Positions 1-10,505 of a stretch of 64,000 nt of DNA are shown here, in pieces. The notes beneath the pieces are model-generated. The model ran no database searches, was not told the origin of the DNA, and was given only the letters and a program-made list of their open reading frames with translations. Position 1 is the stretch's first letter. Every line of letters begins with the position of its first letter. The DNA comes from an uncultured SAR86 cluster bacterium (GTDB lineage: Bacteria; Pseudomonadota; Gammaproteobacteria; Magnimaribacterales; D2472): assembly GCA_902610905.1 (NCBI GenBank), contig CACLXS010000004.1, forward strand, positions 22,880 to 86,879, read 5' to 3'. A program made the translations under genes and the position numbers.

Positions 1-19
1 TTAAAGTATTATAACTAAT

Positions 20-1312
20 ATGAAGATACATATCTTAGGCATTTGCGGAACCTTTATGGGTGGCCTTGCACAAATACTCAAAGAATCGGAACATCAAGTA
101 TCAGGTTCGGATAACCAGTTTTATCCACCTATGTCAGATCATCTAGATTCTTTAGAGATTGAATTAATTGAAGGTTATTCACTAAAGATGCTTCCTAAAG
201 CTGACCTATATGTGATTGGAAATGCTCTCTCCAGAGGAAATGAATCAGTGGAATATATTCTGAACAACCAACTGCCTTTTAAGTCTGGACCTGAAATTTT
301 AGGTGAAATATTAAAAGATAGAAAAGTTCTTGCAGTGTCTGGAACCCATGGCAAGACAACAACTTCATATATGCTGGCTCATATTTTTCTATCCTTAAAT
401 AAAAATATTGGTTATTTGGTTGGAGGAGTCTCAAATAGTATTTCTGGATCAGCATCATTAGGTTCTCATGAGGTATTTGTAATCGAAGCTGATGAATATG
501 ATTCAGCTTTTTTTGACAAGAGGTCAAAATTTATACATTACTCCCCATCTACAGTAGTGATTAATAATATTGAATTCGATCATGCTGATATATTCAATAA
601 TTTGGATGATATAAAAAGACAATTTAATCATTTGCTAAAAATTGTACCCTCATCAGGAAATATAGTTTGTTTTTATGATGATAAAAATATTAAAGACGTT
701 TTGCGAATGGGCACTTGGTCAAATGTTATTAAAATTAATCATAGAGACATTAAAGTTGACTTTAGTAAAAAAGAATTAAGCATCACTAATGAAAAATATT
801 CATTAGCAAAACTGCCATTAATAGGGGAACACAATTTCAAAAATTATATTGCTGCGATTTTAGCTGCAAATACTTGCGGTATTGAAATTAGAGATGCTAT
901 AGAGTCTCTAGAAAGTTTTAATGGGGTAAAAAGAAGACTAGAGTTTAAAGGCGAATACTCTGGAATCAAAATTTATGATGATTTTGCACACCATCCAACT
1001 GCAATCTCCTATACTGCAAAAGCTATAAGGGATAAATTTAAGGATAAAAAAATCTTTGGAATTATAGAATTGGGTTCAAATACAATGTCATCTGGCTATC
1101 ATGGTCAAGCTATTTATAGCTCAATAAATAACTTTGATAGAGTTGAGTGGCTAGATCATAATAACGTTCTAGAGGAAGAAAACTCATATCAAAACCATGA
1201 TGATTTTTTAGCTGCTATAAAAAATGCTATAAGGAATTATGAAGTTGTTGTATTAATGACCAATAAAGACAGTAATAAAATTATTCAACCATTAATTGAT
1301 TATTTATTATGA
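20..1312 (+). CDS. mpl: UDP-N-acetylmuramate:L-alanyl-gamma-D-glutamyl-meso-diaminopimelate ligase (murein peptide ligase)
   Basis: N-term MKIHILGICGTFMGGLA, P-loop GTHGKTTT, EADEYDSAFFDKRSKF, DDFAHHPTAI are Mpl hallmarks. Confidence 0.95.
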   Translation: MKIHILGICGTFMGGLAQILKESEHQVSGSDNQFYPPMSDHLDSLEIELIEGYSLKMLPKADLYVIGNALSRGNESVEYILNNQLPFKSGPEILGEILKDRKVLAVSGTHGKTTTSYMLAHIFLSLNKNIGYLVGGVSNSISGSASLGSHEVFVIEADEYDSAFFDKRSKFIHYSPSTVVINNIEFDHADIFNNLDDIKRQFNHLLKIVPSSGNIVCFYDDKNIKDVLRMGTWSNVIKINHRDIKVDFSKKELSITNEKYSLAKLPLIGEHNFKNYIAAILAANTCGIEIRDAIESLESFNGVKRRLEFKGEYSGIKIYDDFAHHPTAISYTAKAIRDKFKDKKIFGIIELGSNTMSSGYHGQAIYSSINNFDRVEWLDHNNVLEEENSYQNHDDFLAAIKNAIRNYEVVVLMTNKDSNKIIQPLIDYLL

Positions 1313-1890
1313 AAAACAGCCTTCCAATTTTTCCACTTGCCTTAGTCGCTTTACCAGGGACTATTCAGTCTTTGCAGATTTTTGAAGAAAGATATTTGAA
1401 TATGGTTAAGCAATGCATGTCTGAAAATCATGGGTTCGTAATTGTTTTAAAAATAAACGATTCTTCTGAATTTGGTATTTCAAAAAAAGGCACATATGTA
1501 GAAATAATTGATTTTAATACCTTGCCAAATGGTCTTTTAGGAATAACCGCAAAAGCTGACAATAAAGTTTCAATAAATAATGTATGCCAACTTGCAGATG
1601 GTCTACATATTGCAGATGTGAAGCCTGAAATAGATCCGGAAGTTGACAATCAAGCCTTGTTAGCAGAGTATCCTGAGATTACTAATATATTATCTCAAAT
1701 AATAAAACATCCAAAAATTAATGAGCTTCCTATAAAAGTTGACTTTAATTCTGCAGATTCCATTGCATATCATTTAGCTGGTCTGATTCCCTTAACATCA
1801 AGTCAAAAACAAAACCTACTTGAAGCATTTGATGCCTCTCAAAGACTTTCAATTTTAGCAAAATATATTGAAAAAATTTCTAGTTTGTGA
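1309..1890 (+). CDS. Stand-alone LON peptidase substrate-binding (N-terminal) domain protein
   Basis: LPIFPL..VALPG...LQIFEERYLNMV motif; KQNLLE near C-term; no AAA+/protease domain. Confidence 0.85.
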   Translation: MKNSLPIFPLALVALPGTIQSLQIFEERYLNMVKQCMSENHGFVIVLKINDSSEFGISKKGTYVEIIDFNTLPNGLLGITAKADNKVSINNVCQLADGLHIADVKPEIDPEVDNQALLAEYPEITNILSQIIKHPKINELPIKVDFNSADSIAYHLAGLIPLTSSQKQNLLEAFDASQRLSILAKYIEKISSL

Positions 1891-1891
1891 C

Positions 1892-2320
1892 CTAACTTAC
1901 TTTTAAAGGTGGCTTATTTGACTTCCTTCTAAGCCAATTGATAGATTTTAAAATTGTTGGAATGGCAATAAATTTTTTCTCTATTATATACTTGCCTGGA
2001 TAATTGCTAAGCATAAGTCCAATGATGATGGTAAACAAACCTTGACCAGGAAGAACCAGCATAATTACACCACCTAAAATAAGTGAGTATCCAACTAGAT
2101 TCTTTAGAATTAAAATGAAATACCAAATCAATGGATTTTGAGACTTTATTTTTGAAACTCTTTTTATTACAAAATAATCTTCAGGAATTAGTGCAACGAG
2201 CCACTTAATACTTAACAAACTAAATAAGAAAACAAAAAGTGATATTGATCCGAACCAAATAATGACATTTTTATATGCATTAAAAATCTCAATCAAAGTA
2301 TTAAATGATATTAATTCCAA
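1892..2320 (-). CDS. PGPGW-family-like putative membrane protein
   Basis: Several hydrophobic segments and MLVLPGQGL motif (PGPGW variant); TTG start. Confidence 0.7.
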   Translation of the reverse strand: MELISFNTLIEIFNAYKNVIIWFGSISLFVFLFSLLSIKWLVALIPEDYFVIKRVSKIKSQNPLIWYFILILKNLVGYSLILGGVIMLVLPGQGLFTIIIGLMLSNYPGKYIIEKKFIAIPTILKSINWLRRKSNKPPLKVS

Positions 2321-2413
2321 AATTAGTCCCCTTTTTGATTAATAATGATTTAGTATAACTCTGAATGTTAATTAATTTTTTAGTAATCCATAATTTCTGA
2401 GATATAAGCAAAC

Positions 2414-2761
2414 TTGACTGAAAAAAAACTTCAAAACATTTGTCAAAATAGTTTAAAAGATAATAAAGCTGAAAATATTTTGTCCCTAGATATAGAAAGT
2501 ATATCTTCTTTTGCAGATACCATAATAATTGCAACTGCAAACTCAAACAGACATGCAAAATCTCTTGCAGATAAGCTAGTTGAGTCGATAAAAGATCACA
2601 AAAGGAATGTTATAAATGTTGAAGGTAAAGTTGAATCTGGCTGGATCTTGGTTGACTGTGGAAGTGTTATTGTAAACATTATGAAAGAAGAAATAAGAGA
2701 TTTTTATGACTTAGAAGGTCTTTGGGGAGAAAACACCCTTCTTAGTAACATAAATCAATGA
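2414..2761 (+). CDS. rsfS: Ribosome silencing factor RsfS (Iojap)
   Basis: DNKAENI, ATANSNRH, WILVDCGSVIVNIM...RDFYDLEGLW; adjacent to rlmH; TTG start. Confidence 0.95.
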   Translation: MTEKKLQNICQNSLKDNKAENILSLDIESISSFADTIIIATANSNRHAKSLADKLVESIKDHKRNVINVEGKVESGWILVDCGSVIVNIMKEEIRDFYDLEGLWGENTLLSNINQ

Positions 2762-3222
2762 ATTTATCTGTCATCTCGGTCGGTAATAAACCAAATAAGT
2801 GGGAATTAGAGGGGATTGAGCATTATTTAAAGCAGCTTAAAAATAATATAAAAATTAATTTTATAAATATTAAAGGGCAGCAGAATCCTAAAAGAACAAT
2901 TGAAGAGGTTATTAAAATTGAATCAGACCTAATTTTAGAAAAAATTCCATCCACTAGTTATCTCATTTCATGGGATATAGAAGGAGAAAAAATCAACAGC
3001 AAAGAGCTAAGTATGATATTTGAAAGGTCTATGCAAATAAACGCTAACATATGCTTGGTTATTGGAGGCTCATTCGGAATATCTAAAGATATTAAAAAGC
3101 TCTCTGAAAGAGTGATCTCTGCTTCAAATTTTACTTTCCCTCATAGGCTTTTTAGAATAATTCTTATTGAACAAATCTATAGAGCAATTTCTATAATTAA
3201 TAAAAAGCCTTACCATAAATGA
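2758..3222 (+). CDS. rlmH: 23S rRNA (pseudouridine1915-N3)-methyltransferase
   Basis: IGGSFG, TFPHRLFRIILIEQIYRA...PYHK SPOUT motifs; rsfS-rlmH-mrdA synteny. Confidence 0.95.
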   Translation: MNLSVISVGNKPNKWELEGIEHYLKQLKNNIKINFINIKGQQNPKRTIEEVIKIESDLILEKIPSTSYLISWDIEGEKINSKELSMIFERSMQINANICLVIGGSFGISKDIKKLSERVISASNFTFPHRLFRIILIEQIYRAISIINKKPYHK

Positions 3223-5057
3223 TTGACATAGATGAGAGGTACGTTGAGAAAAAAAGTTTTTTTAATAGACTTTTGGTGGTTTATATTTTTTTTGGCATCG
3301 CATTCTCATTTTTTCTGCATAAGACATATTCTTTGCAGATATCTGAATACACAAACTATGAATCAGCATCAATTAAAAATAAGACAAAAGAGGTTTTAGT
3401 TCAACCAGTAAGAGGAGTAATTTATGATAGAAATGGCAACATTATTGTTAAAAATGTTCCAACTTATGATCTTATATTAAAACCCTCAAAAGTAATTAGT
3501 ATTGAGAATTTTTTAAATAATATATCTGAAATTATTGATTTTAATGAATCCGAATTTGATTACATAAAAGAAAATTTTGCTGCTAAAGCTAGTCTCAATA
3601 GAGAGCTTGTAATTAAAAAAGATTTATCAATGGAAGAAATTGCTAAATTTGAGGTAAGAAGCTTCAGATTTCCTAGTGCTTTTATTGATGTAAGATATAG
3701 TCGCATTAATAATTATCCTCATTTATTTTCACATGCAGTTGGTTATGTGAGTGGTGTTAACAATGAAGAAATCGAAGAAATTCTAAGGAATCAAGACTTA
3801 GCTCAAATAGAAACAATTTTTAAATATTCCAATGGATTTCAAATGGGTAAAACAGGTTTGGAAAATACCTATGATGATTCTCTCAGAGGTAAATTTGGTA
3901 AAAAGGTCTATCAAGTAGATGCAAGAGGCAGGTTATTAAAAGAAGAAGAATATATAAAGCCTATAAATGGTGAAGATCTTTTTACATCATTGGATATTGG
4001 AGCGCAAAAAATTGCATACAACCAAATGAATAATAGGCGTGGAGCAGTTGTTGCAATTGAAATTGATACTGGGGCAATTGTTTCTTATGTTAGCACTCCC
4101 AGCTTCTCAACCAATGCAATATCAAATGGAATTTCATCAAAGGAGTTCAATTCACTAATTAAAGATATTAATAAGCCTTTTTTTGATAGGGCATCTCAGG
4201 GAAGATATTCTCCAGCATCAACTATCAAACCTGCAATCGGCTTATTTGGAATTGAAAAAAATATTATCGATTGGAATTTTTCAATGAAAGATCCAGGATT
4301 TTTTGTCTTGCCAGAAGACCAAAGAGTTTACAGAGGATGGAGAGAAGGAGGTCATGGTAATGTTAATTTAAACAAGGCGATAATTGTTAGCTCAAACACT
4401 TTTTTCTTTTCATTAGCATACAAATCAGATATTAATGAATTAATAAATCATCTATCTAATTTTGGCTTTGGAAAAAATGTGTGCATTGATTGTTTTAATC
4501 CTGATAATGGATTATTACCAACACCAGAATGGAAAATGAATAATTTAAATTTTGGATGGTTTAAAGGAGATACTGTTAATTTAGGAGTTGGTCAAGGTTA
4601 CTTGAGTGCAACTCCATTGCAACTCGCATATTATTCAATGATCTTAGCAAATTACGGCATTTCTCAAAATCTTTCCTTTGTTCATGAAAATAAAGAAAAG
4701 AAAAAACATAAAATAAATATTGAAAATATTAATGATCAGGACTGGAACAAGCTTCACGCAAGCATGATAGGGGTTATCGATAGTCCAATAGGAACTGCTA
4801 AAAGATTACAGAAATTAAAAAAATTTAAAGTTGCAGCAAAATCAGGAACAGTAGAATTAGTAAGTACTGATACAAAAGAAGATTATAAAATTATTAGAGA
4901 AAATGAAGGGAATAGAGATCATGCAATCATTATTGCCTTTGGACCAATGCCTAACCCAAAATATGCTGTAAGCGTAGTTATTGAAAACGGTGAAAGTGGA
5001 GGTTCAGTTGCCGGACCGGTTGCTATAGCAGTACTCAATGATTTGTTAGAAAAATGA
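3219..5057 (+). CDS. mrdA: Penicillin-binding protein 2
   Basis: N-term TM, RGVIYDRNG, SxxK (STIK), SxN (SSN), KSG; upstream of rodA. Confidence 0.95.
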   Translation: MIDIDERYVEKKSFFNRLLVVYIFFGIAFSFFLHKTYSLQISEYTNYESASIKNKTKEVLVQPVRGVIYDRNGNIIVKNVPTYDLILKPSKVISIENFLNNISEIIDFNESEFDYIKENFAAKASLNRELVIKKDLSMEEIAKFEVRSFRFPSAFIDVRYSRINNYPHLFSHAVGYVSGVNNEEIEEILRNQDLAQIETIFKYSNGFQMGKTGLENTYDDSLRGKFGKKVYQVDARGRLLKEEEYIKPINGEDLFTSLDIGAQKIAYNQMNNRRGAVVAIEIDTGAIVSYVSTPSFSTNAISNGISSKEFNSLIKDINKPFFDRASQGRYSPASTIKPAIGLFGIEKNIIDWNFSMKDPGFFVLPEDQRVYRGWREGGHGNVNLNKAIIVSSNTFFFSLAYKSDINELINHLSNFGFGKNVCIDCFNPDNGLLPTPEWKMNNLNFGWFKGDTVNLGVGQGYLSATPLQLAYYSMILANYGISQNLSFVHENKEKKKHKINIENINDQDWNKLHASMIGVIDSPIGTAKRLQKLKKFKVAAKSGTVELVSTDTKEDYKIIRENEGNRDHAIIIAFGPMPNPKYAVSVVIENGESGGSVAGPVAIAVLNDLLEK

Positions 5058-6154
5058 AAAAAAAATTAGAATTTAAAAATTTTTCAATATATTTTGATCA
5101 ATACCTATTTATATCTATTGCTTTATTGTCAGTTTTGGGCTTATTTTTTTTATACAGCGCATCTCAGGGAGATTCTAATACTGTTATAAAGCAATCAATA
5201 TTTGTTGGTTTCGGATTGCTTCTAATGTTTATATTAAGTCAACCAGATCCCGATTTTTATAAAATTTTTTCAAGTTTATTTTTATTTATAGCAATAGTCT
5301 TAATGTTTGCAACCATGATTTTTGGTAGGGAAATTAATGGAGCAAAAAGATGGTTGGATTTTGGTTTTTTTACACTACAAACATCAGAAATAATTAAGAT
5401 AGCTTTACCAATATTTTTAGCTTCATATTTATATAATAAGCCCTTACCAATTAGCTTAAAGCATACATTCATAACATTAACTCTAATTTGTTTTATTTTT
5501 TATCTAGTTTATTCTCAGCCTGATCTTGGAACAGGCCTAGTTGTCTTTATGGCAGGTGTCTATATTTTATTTTTAGCAGGATTAAGTTGGAAATTTATTT
5601 TTACTTCTTTTGGTTTAATCATTCTTTCAATGCCATTTTTATGGAGTAATTTTTTAGAACCGTTCCAAAGACAAAGAATATTGACTTTTATTAATCCATC
5701 CAATGATCCATATGGTAGCAGCTGGAATATAACTCAATCAAAAATTGCTATTGGTTCAGGTGGAATGAATGGCAAGGGATACTTAGATGGATCTCAAGCT
5801 AATTTAAATTTTTTACCAGAAGCAGAAACAGATTTTATTTTTGCTGTAATTGCTGAAGAATTTGGTTTTATCGGTATTTGTATATTGTTATCTTTTTTCT
5901 TTTTTATTTTGTTAAGGTGCATATATCTTGCATTTAATGCTAGGGATAGATTTTGTAGATTAACTATTGGTGGACTTAGTCTAGTTTTTGCATCAACATT
6001 ATTTATTAATATAGGCATGGTTGTTGGGATAATGCCTGTTGTAGGAATGCCTATGCCATTTATCAGCAAAGGTGGCTCATCTTTGTTATCATTCTACATG
6101 GCTTTTGGAATTATTATATCCATGGCAACACACAAAAAATTAATGCAAAAATGA
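5054..6154 (+). CDS. rodA: Rod shape-determining SEDS glycosyltransferase RodA
   Basis: GAKRW, QPDLGT, QSKIAIGSGG, PEAETDFIFAV, PFISKGGSS. Confidence 0.95.
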   Translation: MKKKLEFKNFSIYFDQYLFISIALLSVLGLFFLYSASQGDSNTVIKQSIFVGFGLLLMFILSQPDPDFYKIFSSLFLFIAIVLMFATMIFGREINGAKRWLDFGFFTLQTSEIIKIALPIFLASYLYNKPLPISLKHTFITLTLICFIFYLVYSQPDLGTGLVVFMAGVYILFLAGLSWKFIFTSFGLIILSMPFLWSNFLEPFQRQRILTFINPSNDPYGSSWNITQSKIAIGSGGMNGKGYLDGSQANLNFLPEAETDFIFAVIAEEFGFIGICILLSFFFFILLRCIYLAFNARDRFCRLTIGGLSLVFASTLFINIGMVVGIMPVVGMPMPFISKGGSSLLSFYMAFGIIISMATHKKLMQK

Positions 6155-7038
6155 AAAAAATTATATTAATAACATTAATAATTACTTCCTCTTTGCAGGG
6201 CAATTACTTAGAACATCCTAAATCAAAGGCTTTAATTGATGAGCTTGTAATAGAGCATGGATTTGAGAAATCTTTCGTAGAAGACGTTTTATCTAGTGCT
6301 ATGAAACAACAAAAAATAATTGACTCTATTTCAAAGCCGGCTGAATTTACTTGGACTTGGGATAGATATAAAAATTTATTTATAGAAGAAAAAAGAATTG
6401 CTAATGGAAAATTATTTATTAAACAAAACCTTAAAACTCTTGAGAGAGCAGAAAGAGAATTTGGAGTACCAAAGGAAGTAATCACATCAATTCTTGGTGT
6501 AGAAACAAGATATGGAAAGATTCAAGGGAATTATAGAGTCATTGATAGTTTGCTAACACTTGGTTTTGACTATCCTAGAAGAGCTAAATTCTTCAGAAAA
6601 GAGCTTGTTGATTTCTTTTTGTTAACGAGAGAAAACCAATTGAATATTAATCAGATAAAGGGCTCATACGCCGGAGCTATGGGGTATGGGCAATTTATTT
6701 CTTCAAGTTACAGAGCATATGCAATTGACTATGATGGGGACGGGTATGCAGATTTATTTAACTCAGTTGATGATGCTATAGGAAGTGTAGCTAATTATCT
6801 ATATATTCATGGGTGGAAAAAAGAGGGTGAAATTATTTATGATGCTTATCCTAATAATGTAAGAAAAGTTTTTAAACCTAATAAAGCACTTTCGAAGTTT
6901 ATACCTCTAAGTTTTAATGAAGATGGAAAAGAAATATATTTCATTGGAGATGACAACTTTGTTGCAATAACCAAATATAATATTAGTCATTTTTATGCAA
7001 TGGCAATTTATTATTTATCAGAAGAGTTAACAAAATGA
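6151..7038 (+). CDS. mltB: Lytic murein transglycosylase B
   Basis: GVETRYG catalytic Glu, GSYAGAMGYGQF, DYDGDG EF-hand, ITKYN.S..YAM. Confidence 0.93.
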   Translation: MKKIILITLIITSSLQGNYLEHPKSKALIDELVIEHGFEKSFVEDVLSSAMKQQKIIDSISKPAEFTWTWDRYKNLFIEEKRIANGKLFIKQNLKTLERAEREFGVPKEVITSILGVETRYGKIQGNYRVIDSLLTLGFDYPRRAKFFRKELVDFFLLTRENQLNINQIKGSYAGAMGYGQFISSSYRAYAIDYDGDGYADLFNSVDDAIGSVANYLYIHGWKKEGEIIYDAYPNNVRKVFKPNKALSKFIPLSFNEDGKEIYFIGDDNFVAITKYNISHFYAMAIYYLSEELTK

Positions 7039-8192
7039 AAAAAATATTAATAATACCTCTATTAACATCAGTATTCGCTTTTGGACAAAGTTTTGTGCCT
7101 GATGCCCCAGAACTAGATTTAAAAAGCTATATTTTAATTGAACCAAACACAAATACAGTAATTGCAGAGTTTAATTCAACTTCAGAAATAGAGCCTGCAA
7201 GTATGACAAAGATAATGACAGCATATGTAGCAGCTGATCAAATATCTAATGAATTAATTGCACTTGATGATGAGGTTTTAATTAGTGAAAAGGCATGGCG
7301 CATGGAAGGTTCAAGGATGTTCATCGAAGCTGGTAAAAGAGTTAGTGTATCTGATTTGCTTAAAGGAATAATAATTCAGTCAGGTAATGATGCTTCAGTT
7401 GCAATTGCTGAGTATGTGGGTGGTACAGAGAGGGGTTTTGTTGACCTTATGAACGCTTATGCAGGCTCACTAAATATGAATAACACCAATTTTCAAAATT
7501 CTACTGGGCTTCCTGCCGTGAATCATTTTTCATCAGCTAAAGATCTTGCAATCTTGACCTCTAATTTAATAACTGAGTTTCCAGAAATCTATTCTTTTTA
7601 TAAAGAGAGGCAATTTACTTTTAATGAAATTAAGCAATTGAATAGAAATAAACTTTTGTGGAGAGATGACTCGTCTGATGGAGTCAAAACAGGTCATACC
7701 AAAACTGCAGGTTATTGTTTGGTTGGTTCTGCTAAAAGAGGGGATATGCGATTAATTACTGTTGTTGCTGGCAGTGACTCAGATAATAATAGATTTATGG
7801 CAAGTCAAAGATTATTAGAATATGGCTTTAGGTTTTTTGCAACACAAAAAATTCTTAATGCAAATCAAGAATATAAACAAATAAATATATGGGGTGGGGT
7901 TGAAAAATCTCTTGGTCTTGGTGTTTTAGAAGATATATCCATAACACTTCCAAGAACTAGTTTTAAAGATCTAGTTGTTAATTATAATTACAGCAATAAC
8001 ATTCAGGCTCCAATTGAGATTGGCCAAAAAATAGGAATATTAGAAATTGTAAATAATGATGAAATAGTATTTTCTACAGACCTATTAGCTTTACAGAATA
8101 TAAAAGCTAAAGGATTTTTTGGTAGATTGTGGTCTAAATTTGTTTTGTGGATACTGAGCTTATTTGGTATGACTGACAATGGATCAGATTAA
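7035..8192 (+). CDS. dacA: D-alanyl-D-alanine carboxypeptidase (PBP5/6)
   Basis: PASMTK, SGN, KTG motifs; signal peptide. Confidence 0.92.
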   Translation: MKKILIIPLLTSVFAFGQSFVPDAPELDLKSYILIEPNTNTVIAEFNSTSEIEPASMTKIMTAYVAADQISNELIALDDEVLISEKAWRMEGSRMFIEAGKRVSVSDLLKGIIIQSGNDASVAIAEYVGGTERGFVDLMNAYAGSLNMNNTNFQNSTGLPAVNHFSSAKDLAILTSNLITEFPEIYSFYKERQFTFNEIKQLNRNKLLWRDDSSDGVKTGHTKTAGYCLVGSAKRGDMRLITVVAGSDSDNNRFMASQRLLEYGFRFFATQKILNANQEYKQINIWGGVEKSLGLGVLEDISITLPRTSFKDLVVNYNYSNNIQAPIEIGQKIGILEIVNNDEIVFSTDLLALQNIKAKGFFGRLWSKFVLWILSLFGMTDNGSD

Positions 8193-9006
8193 AGCCGTAT
8201 TTAATGGTAATTTTGATTACATAGAAAATATAAAAGTTTCTCCCTTCTCAAGGGCATATACATTTTCAGATAGTGTTTACGAAGTTATACCTTTTTATAA
8301 TAAGAAATCTATTTCATTTGAAAGTCACATTGAAAGGTTACAAAAAAGTGTAGATGCTCTCTCCATAAAGGTAGATTTAAACAAGGTTACAGATGAGATA
8401 AATCAGCTTTTATCTTCATCTGCTTTTGATAATGGTTATATTTATTATCAAGTTACTAGAGGACAGGATATGGTTAGATCGCACATTTACTCTGATAAAA
8501 TTAATACAGAGACTTTTGGCTATATTACTTCCTGTTCATTTGAAACTAAAAAATTAAATGTAATGATATGTGATGATATAAGATGGGGAAGATGCAATAT
8601 AAAATCAACTTCACTATTAGCCAATGTATTGAATATGAATAATGCTAAGTTACATAATTGTGATGAAATTATTATGCATAAGGATGGAATTCTGACTGAG
8701 GCTGGTGCTTCTAATTTATTTTTTATTAAAAATGAAACTGTTTGCACACCATCTTTGTCTAACAACATTTTGCCAGGTATAACAAGGTCAATTTTAATTA
8801 ATGCCTTATCGAATAAAGGTATTAAGGTTCTTGAGGGAGATTTTAATTATCTAGAATTGAAGACGGCTTCATCTGCCTGGCTCACAAGCTCTACTAAAGG
8901 AATAGCCCCAATAGAAAATATAGTTAACTTTGATCACTCTTTAAGTATTGATGATCCTTGTTATATTTCTTGTAAGGAAATTTTTGATTCTAAATTCTTT
9001 GGTTAA
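8179..9006 (+). CDS. Class IV PLP aminotransferase, D-amino-acid aminotransferase-like
   Basis: HIERL, YYQVTRG, IKSTSLL (PLP Lys), EAGASNLF, ILPGITR; position after dacA. Confidence 0.8.
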   Translation: MDQIKAVFNGNFDYIENIKVSPFSRAYTFSDSVYEVIPFYNKKSISFESHIERLQKSVDALSIKVDLNKVTDEINQLLSSSAFDNGYIYYQVTRGQDMVRSHIYSDKINTETFGYITSCSFETKKLNVMICDDIRWGRCNIKSTSLLANVLNMNNAKLHNCDEIIMHKDGILTEAGASNLFFIKNETVCTPSLSNNILPGITRSILINALSNKGIKVLEGDFNYLELKTASSAWLTSSTKGIAPIENIVNFDHSLSIDDPCYISCKEIFDSKFFG

Positions 9007-9010
9007 TATT

Positions 9011-9991
9011 TTAATTAGTAGTCAGATTTACAATCATTCTATCTACATCATCCCAGAAATTTTTTTGAGATAAGCCTTTGCTAGTAAGGTCAAGTTCATA
9101 AACATTTTTTTGCATTGATATGAGTTTTTGTAAAGAATGAAATTTAATAAAATTCATATAACTTGAAATTTTGCTGCTCCAGATACCGGATTTTTCTAAA
9201 CTTAATCTAGGATTTGTGTTTTGTTTTGCAATAGCTGAACTGGTGACAATTTTACCAATTATCCATACTAACAAAGGAGCATAATGTGCTTCAGAATCTT
9301 TAATTGAATTAGTAATCCTTAAAGCATGTTTTACATTCAAATTTACAAGAGCATCTTCAAGTTCGAATGGAGCAAATTCAGCTGAATCTGTGTAAAAAAG
9401 ATTAGAAATATCCATATCGTTTTCATAAATTAATTTAAGAATATTTATTTCATTTTGTTGAGCAACCAAGTTTCCAGCATTTAATTCGCTCATGTTCTTT
9501 ATTAAATTTTTTTTGTCTTTTTCAGGAATAAATTCTAATTGAGCCTTTAGCCATATTTTTTCTTCAAAAGATTTTAATTTTCTACATTCAACAATAAGTG
9601 CATTTTTTTCCATAGCTTTATAAAGCTTTGTTTTAGTATTTAATTTTTCATTATGAGAGTTAATAATAATCGTAATATTTTCATTGTTGAAAATATTCTC
9701 TATTTGAAATATTTTTTCTAATTTATCTGGCAATCGACCTTGATCATGACTTATATCGATAATTAATTTTGATCCAAAAAGAGATCCACCTGAACTCTCA
9801 ATAATAATCTGCTCTATTTGATCAAAATTTTCTTTTGTAATCAGCCTTCTTTCATTGAACCCTTTTTGAGATAAATATTTTTTTATTAAATCTTTTGAAT
9901 TATTTCTTAAGACAACTTCAGAGCCATATATAAAAAAAATATTTTGAGATTTTTCTAGATATTTCCCTAGAGAAAGAGATTCACATTTCAA
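9011..9991 (-). CDS. holA: DNA polymerase III subunit delta (divergent)
   Basis: FIYGSE, SLFG, GNLVAQQNEINIL; leuS-lptE-holA synteny. Confidence 0.85.
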   Translation of the reverse strand: MKCESLSLGKYLEKSQNIFFIYGSEVVLRNNSKDLIKKYLSQKGFNERRLITKENFDQIEQIIIESSGGSLFGSKLIIDISHDQGRLPDKLEKIFQIENIFNNENITIIINSHNEKLNTKTKLYKAMEKNALIVECRKLKSFEEKIWLKAQLEFIPEKDKKNLIKNMSELNAGNLVAQQNEINILKLIYENDMDISNLFYTDSAEFAPFELEDALVNLNVKHALRITNSIKDSEAHYAPLLVWIIGKIVTSSAIAKQNTNPRLSLEKSGIWSSKISSYMNFIKFHSLQKLISMQKNVYELDLTSKGLSQKNFWDDVDRMIVNLTTN

Positions 9992-10448
9992 AGAAATTAA
10001 CCTCTAGCAGTATTTGATTAAATATTTCATTATCAATAATTTCTTTGAGACTTCTGATTGCTTCTTGTTCAGCATAAGGATTTAGCTCGCTCGAATTATA
10101 CCTTTTCATTACTTTAATGTTTTTATTATTTGTTTTTGAATTACTAATAATTTCAAGTTTAATGCTTGCAGTCACTTCGCCTTCTAGAGACCTAAGTGAA
10201 GATCCTGCATATATATTGTAGTTAGTGGAATTAAAGTCTTTTATGAAAATACGAGTTTTATTTTCATCTTTAGTAGATGAATGTCTAAAAGACATATCTA
10301 TTATTTCTTTAAGAGATTCAGGAATGGAATCATCATAGCTAACTGTATAGTTCTTACCATTATCCGGACCTAATGCTATTTGATTAAAACTACAACCTGA
10401 AACAAGAAATATAGAAATGAATAAAATTAAAGAATAAAGAAGCTTCAT
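9981..10448 (-). CDS. LptE-like lipoprotein (highly divergent)
   Basis: Lipobox LVSG-C after a hydrophobic stretch; lies between leuS and holA where lptE normally sits; ATG at 10448 preferred. Confidence 0.6.
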   Translation of the reverse strand: MKLLYSLILFISIFLVSGCSFNQIALGPDNGKNYTVSYDDSIPESLKEIIDMSFRHSSTKDENKTRIFIKDFNSTNYNIYAGSSLRSLEGEVTASIKLEIISNSKTNNKNIKVMKRYNSSELNPYAEQEAIRSLKEIIDNEIFNQILLEVNFFEM

Positions 10449-10505
10449 AAAATTTATCTTAACTAGCAAATAAAAAATATTAAAGTATTAAGAAAAATTA
10501 ATTAG

